A DNA stretch of 32,000 nt from Vibrio vulnificus CMCP6 (lineage in GTDB: Bacteria; Pseudomonadota; Gammaproteobacteria; Enterobacterales; Vibrionaceae): contig NC_004459.3 in NCBI RefSeq assembly GCF_000039765.1, forward strand, positions 1,170,001-1,202,000. The letters are read 5' to 3'. Every line of letters starts with the position of its first letter. The first letter of the stretch is position 1. A program made the position numbers and the translations under genes. Of the stretch, positions 29,137-32,000 are shown piece after piece. The notes below the pieces were generated by a model. That model saw only the letters and a list, made by a program, of their open reading frames with translations. It made no database searches and was not told the DNA's origin.

Positions 29137-30204
29137 ATGACTGAATTAAAAAATGATCGTTATCTGCGTGCATTACTGAAAGAGCCTGTAGATTGCACAC
29201 CGGTATGGATGATGCGTCAGGCAGGTCGTTACCTACCAGAATACAAAGCAACGCGTGCTCAAGCTGGCGATTTCATGTCTTTGTGTAAAAATGCAGAGCT
29301 TGCGTCTGAAGTGACTCTTCAACCACTGCGCCGCTTTCCGCTGGATGCTGCCATTCTGTTCTCTGATATCCTGACTATCCCAGATGCGATGGGATTGGGT
29401 CTGCGCTTCTCAACAGGCGAAGGCCCGATCTTCGATAACCCAATCACATGCAAAGCAGACGTCGAAAAAATCGGCGTGCCGGATCCAGAAGGTGAGCTGC
29501 AATATGTCATGAACGCTGTGCGTCAAATCCGCAAAGACTTGAACGGTGACGTACCGCTGATTGGTTTTTCTGGTAGCCCGTGGACACTCGCCACTTACAT
29601 GGTTGAAGGCGGCAGCTCAAAAGCCTTCACTAAGATCAAGAAAATGATGTACGCAGAACCACAAACTCTGCACCTACTTCTCGATAAGCTAGCAGACAGC
29701 GTTATCGAATACCTAAACGCGCAAATTAAAGCAGGTGCGCAATCAGTGATGGTATTTGATACGTGGGGGGGCGTACTGACGCCGCGTGACTACAACCTCT
29801 TCTCACTGCAATACATGCATAAGATTGTGGATGGCCTGATTCGTGAAAACGATGGCCGCCGTGTACCCGTGACGCTCTTTACGAAGAATGGTGGCATGTG
29901 GCTAGAGCAGATTGCGGCTACGGGTTGTGATGCCGTTGGTCTTGATTGGACCATCAACATTGCAGACGCAAAAGCGCGTGTCGGTGACAAAGTGGCCCTG
30001 CAAGGCAATATGGATCCATCGATGCTCTACGCATCTCACGATCGCATTCGTGAAGAAGTGGCCTCTATCCTAGAAGGATTTGGCCATGGTGGTACTGGAC
30101 ACGTGTTCAACTTGGGTCACGGTATCCATCTTGACGTTCCACCAGAAAACGCAGGTGTCTTTGTTGAGGCGGTTCACGAGCTTTCTAAGCCATACCACCA
30201 ATAA
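29137..30204 (+). CDS. hemE: Uroporphyrinogen decarboxylase
   Basis: [21 protein letters not shown]; [16 protein letters not shown]; [22 protein letters not shown]; [10 protein letters not shown]. Confidence 0.98.
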   Translation: MTELKNDRYLRALLKEPVDCTPVWMMRQAGRYLPEYKATRAQAGDFMSLCKNAELASEVTLQPLRRFPLDAAILFSDILTIPDAMGLGLRFSTGEGPIFDNPITCKADVEKIGVPDPEGELQYVMNAVRQIRKDLNGDVPLIGFSGSPWTLATYMVEGGSSKAFTKIKKMMYAEPQTLHLLLDKLADSVIEYLNAQIKAGAQSVMVFDTWGGVLTPRDYNLFSLQYMHKIVDGLIRENDGRRVPVTLFTKNGGMWLEQIAATGCDAVGLDWTINIADAKARVGDKVALQGNMDPSMLYASHDRIREEVASILEGFGHGGTGHVFNLGHGIHLDVPPENAGVFVEAVHELSKPYHQ

Positions 30205-30226
30205 AAAGCACTCTCTGTTAGCCATT

Positions 30227-30254
30227 AAAAACCAGCTTCGGCTGGTTTTTTGTT
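30227..30254 (+). terminator. Terminator after hemE
   Basis: aaaaaccagc-ttcg-gctggtttttt. Confidence 0.88.
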
Positions 30255-30319
30255 TGTCGGTTCTACCTCAGCGGTGTACAGCGAAAGGTGCTTTTGGGTT
30301 GCCATGATCTCAATGCTTT

Positions 30320-30913
30320 TTAGATCTCAACCTTGCTCGGGGAAAGTAGCTGATGCACTTGTTGGCGAAGGTAGGGCACGGTTTGTTCTTCAAACCAAGG
30401 ATTCTTTCTCAACCACAGTGTATTTCTTGGCGAGGGATGAGGAAGTGGCAGGTAATCGGGTAGCCAAGCTTGCCAATTTTGTACCGTTTCAGTCAGTGTT
30501 TTTGGTTTGTTCGACAGATAACGGTTTTGTGCATATTGACCAATCAACAGTGTCAGTTCGATATTGGGTAAGTGTTTCAGTAAGGCCTCATGCCACAGTG
30601 GTGCGCACTCTTTTCGTGGCGGAAGATCGCCAGATTGCCCTCGTCCGGGATAGCAAAATCCCATCGGCATGATGGCGATCTGTTTTGGGTCATAAAAAGT
30701 CGGCTTTTCAATGTCTAACCACACTCTTAAGCGATTACCACTGGCATCATTCCACGGAATGGAAGTGTGGTGGACTTTGGTGCCTGGCGCTTGTCCGATG
30801 ATCAAAATTTTCGCCTCTGAGTGAGCTTGAACCACAGGGTTAGCACCTAGCGGCAAGGCGGAGGCACACACTTGGCAAGCCCGGATTTGAGTTAACAGCG
30901 GCTCAAGTGGCAT
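30320..30913 (-). CDS. Uracil-DNA glycosylase family protein
   Basis: ACQVCASALPLGANPVV...KILIIGQAPGTKVHHTSIPWNDASG; LLIGQYAQ; LPLPHPSPRNTLW motif of the UDG superfamily. Confidence 0.85.
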   Translation of the reverse strand: MPLEPLLTQIRACQVCASALPLGANPVVQAHSEAKILIIGQAPGTKVHHTSIPWNDASGNRLRVWLDIEKPTFYDPKQIAIMPMGFCYPGRGQSGDLPPRKECAPLWHEALLKHLPNIELTLLIGQYAQNRYLSNKPKTLTETVQNWQAWLPDYLPLPHPSPRNTLWLRKNPWFEEQTVPYLRQQVHQLLSPSKVEI

Positions 30914-30916
30914 GCA

Positions 30917-31843
30917 TCAATACCCTTTGGTGAAGCTGACTTGATGGTTGAGCGGGTACCCTTCAAGCCAACGATGGTAATTTTCTGCAAACAGCGCCAT
31001 CACTTTCTCAGGAAAGCTCAGCGCGGCAATATGCGGCGTGATAGTGATTTGTTTGAGCCCCCAAAATGGATGATCCGTGACGAGGGGTTCTTGTTCAAAT
31101 ACATCTAAGAACGCATGTTCAACCCAGTGATTTTTAATCGCCAAAAGTAGTGCCGCATTGTCAATAACGTCCCCACGTCCAACATTAAATAATAGAGCAT
31201 GACGACAGTGACTTAGGCTCGCTTGGTTCAACAAGTGGTGAGTGTGTTTTGTGCTAGGCAGAGTGTTGACTACGATGTGCGCTTGCTTCAAGGCCGCTGC
31301 CAGCTCATTGATGTGATAGGTTTGCTGAAAATGGCTACCGTTTGGCGGAATGCCTGTGCGATTGACGCCAATGGTGTGTAACCCCATCGCCGAGCAGGCA
31401 TGCGCAAGATGATTACCTATGCTCCCAGTGCCTAAGATGGTGATCGTTTTGCCCTCTAGGGAAGAGTAGGGATGCGGTTGCCAGAGACGTTGCTGTTGCT
31501 GCTCCGCATAGCGGGCCAAGTGGCGATAGTGTTGAATGGCGTAGCCGATGACGTATTCCGCAATCAAGGGGCCAAAAATCCCACGGACATTGGTTAGCTT
31601 GTAATCTCGTCGTAACTCAGGTTGCATGAGCGCGTTCACGCCAGCGTAAGTCGATTGTAGCCATTCGAGCTGATGGCACTCAGACAAGCGTGGGGCAATG
31701 TGAGGTGGCGCCGCGAGGATGATATTGGCTTGCTCGATGTCCTCAGTGAGTGCTAAATCGGGTAACGCGTGATCAGCAAGCAGTTGGCGATAGGTCTCGT
31801 TGTCTTCGGTAACAATGAAAATCTTGTGTTTTGACTGATGCAT
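30917..31843 (-). CDS. D-2-hydroxyacid dehydrogenase (NAD-binding)
   Basis: GKTITILGTGSIGNHLAHACSAMG Rossmann motif; LFNVGRGDVIDNAALLLAI; FLDVFEQEPLVTDHPFWGLKQITITPHIAA catalytic region. Stop is 3 bp upstream of the next minus-strand start. Confidence 0.9.
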   Translation of the reverse strand: MHQSKHKIFIVTEDNETYRQLLADHALPDLALTEDIEQANIILAAPPHIAPRLSECHQLEWLQSTYAGVNALMQPELRRDYKLTNVRGIFGPLIAEYVIGYAIQHYRHLARYAEQQQQRLWQPHPYSSLEGKTITILGTGSIGNHLAHACSAMGLHTIGVNRTGIPPNGSHFQQTYHINELAAALKQAHIVVNTLPSTKHTHHLLNQASLSHCRHALLFNVGRGDVIDNAALLLAIKNHWVEHAFLDVFEQEPLVTDHPFWGLKQITITPHIAALSFPEKVMALFAENYHRWLEGYPLNHQVSFTKGY

Positions 31844-32000
31844 TAACTTTTTTCCCTGTGGCGAATCAAGTACACTTCCGCTGTCTTTTTCCGCAATGAT
31901 TGAGTGATTATGCTACAGAATCCCCTACAGGTCCGTTTAGAAAAACTGGAACCTTGGCAACAAATAACCTTCATGACGTGTTTGTGTGAACGTATGTACC

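Noticed and set aside
30080-30672. Plus-strand ORFs 30080-30307 and 30250-30672
   Set aside because: The first overlaps the hemE 3' end and the second is antisense to the uracil-DNA-glycosylase-family gene; neither has domain evidence.

Overview
This is a conserved chromosomal housekeeping region from a gammaproteobacterium, almost certainly a Vibrio species. That assignment rests on gene order and protein sequence; no database was searched. From left to right it contains: (1) a complete rRNA operon with promoter and boxA, 16S, tRNA-Glu/Lys/Val, 23S, 5S, tRNA-Asp and terminator; (2) a degenerate IS630-like transposase remnant whose 3' end is tandemly duplicated as a 161-bp unit; (3) pssA and a GNAT acetyltransferase on the minus strand; (4) murB-birA; (5) coaA on the minus strand; (6) the tRNA-Thr/Tyr/Gly/Thr-tufB operon; (7) secE-nusG, rplKA, rplJL and rpoBC; (8) rsd on the minus strand and nudC; (9) a coupled pair of predicted secreted proteins of unknown function; (10) hemE; and (11) a minus-strand pair encoding a uracil-DNA-glycosylase-family protein and a D-2-hydroxyacid dehydrogenase. 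I found no CRISPR array, defense island, retron or other clearly novel multi-gene system. The best leads are a candidate ~70-nt small RNA on the minus strand between the secreted-protein pair and hemE, with a perfect 12-bp palindrome just upstream of its -10 box; the uncharacterised secreted-protein pair; and the structure of the IS630 remnant (microhomology-flanked tandem duplication and an A7 tract at the frame break).
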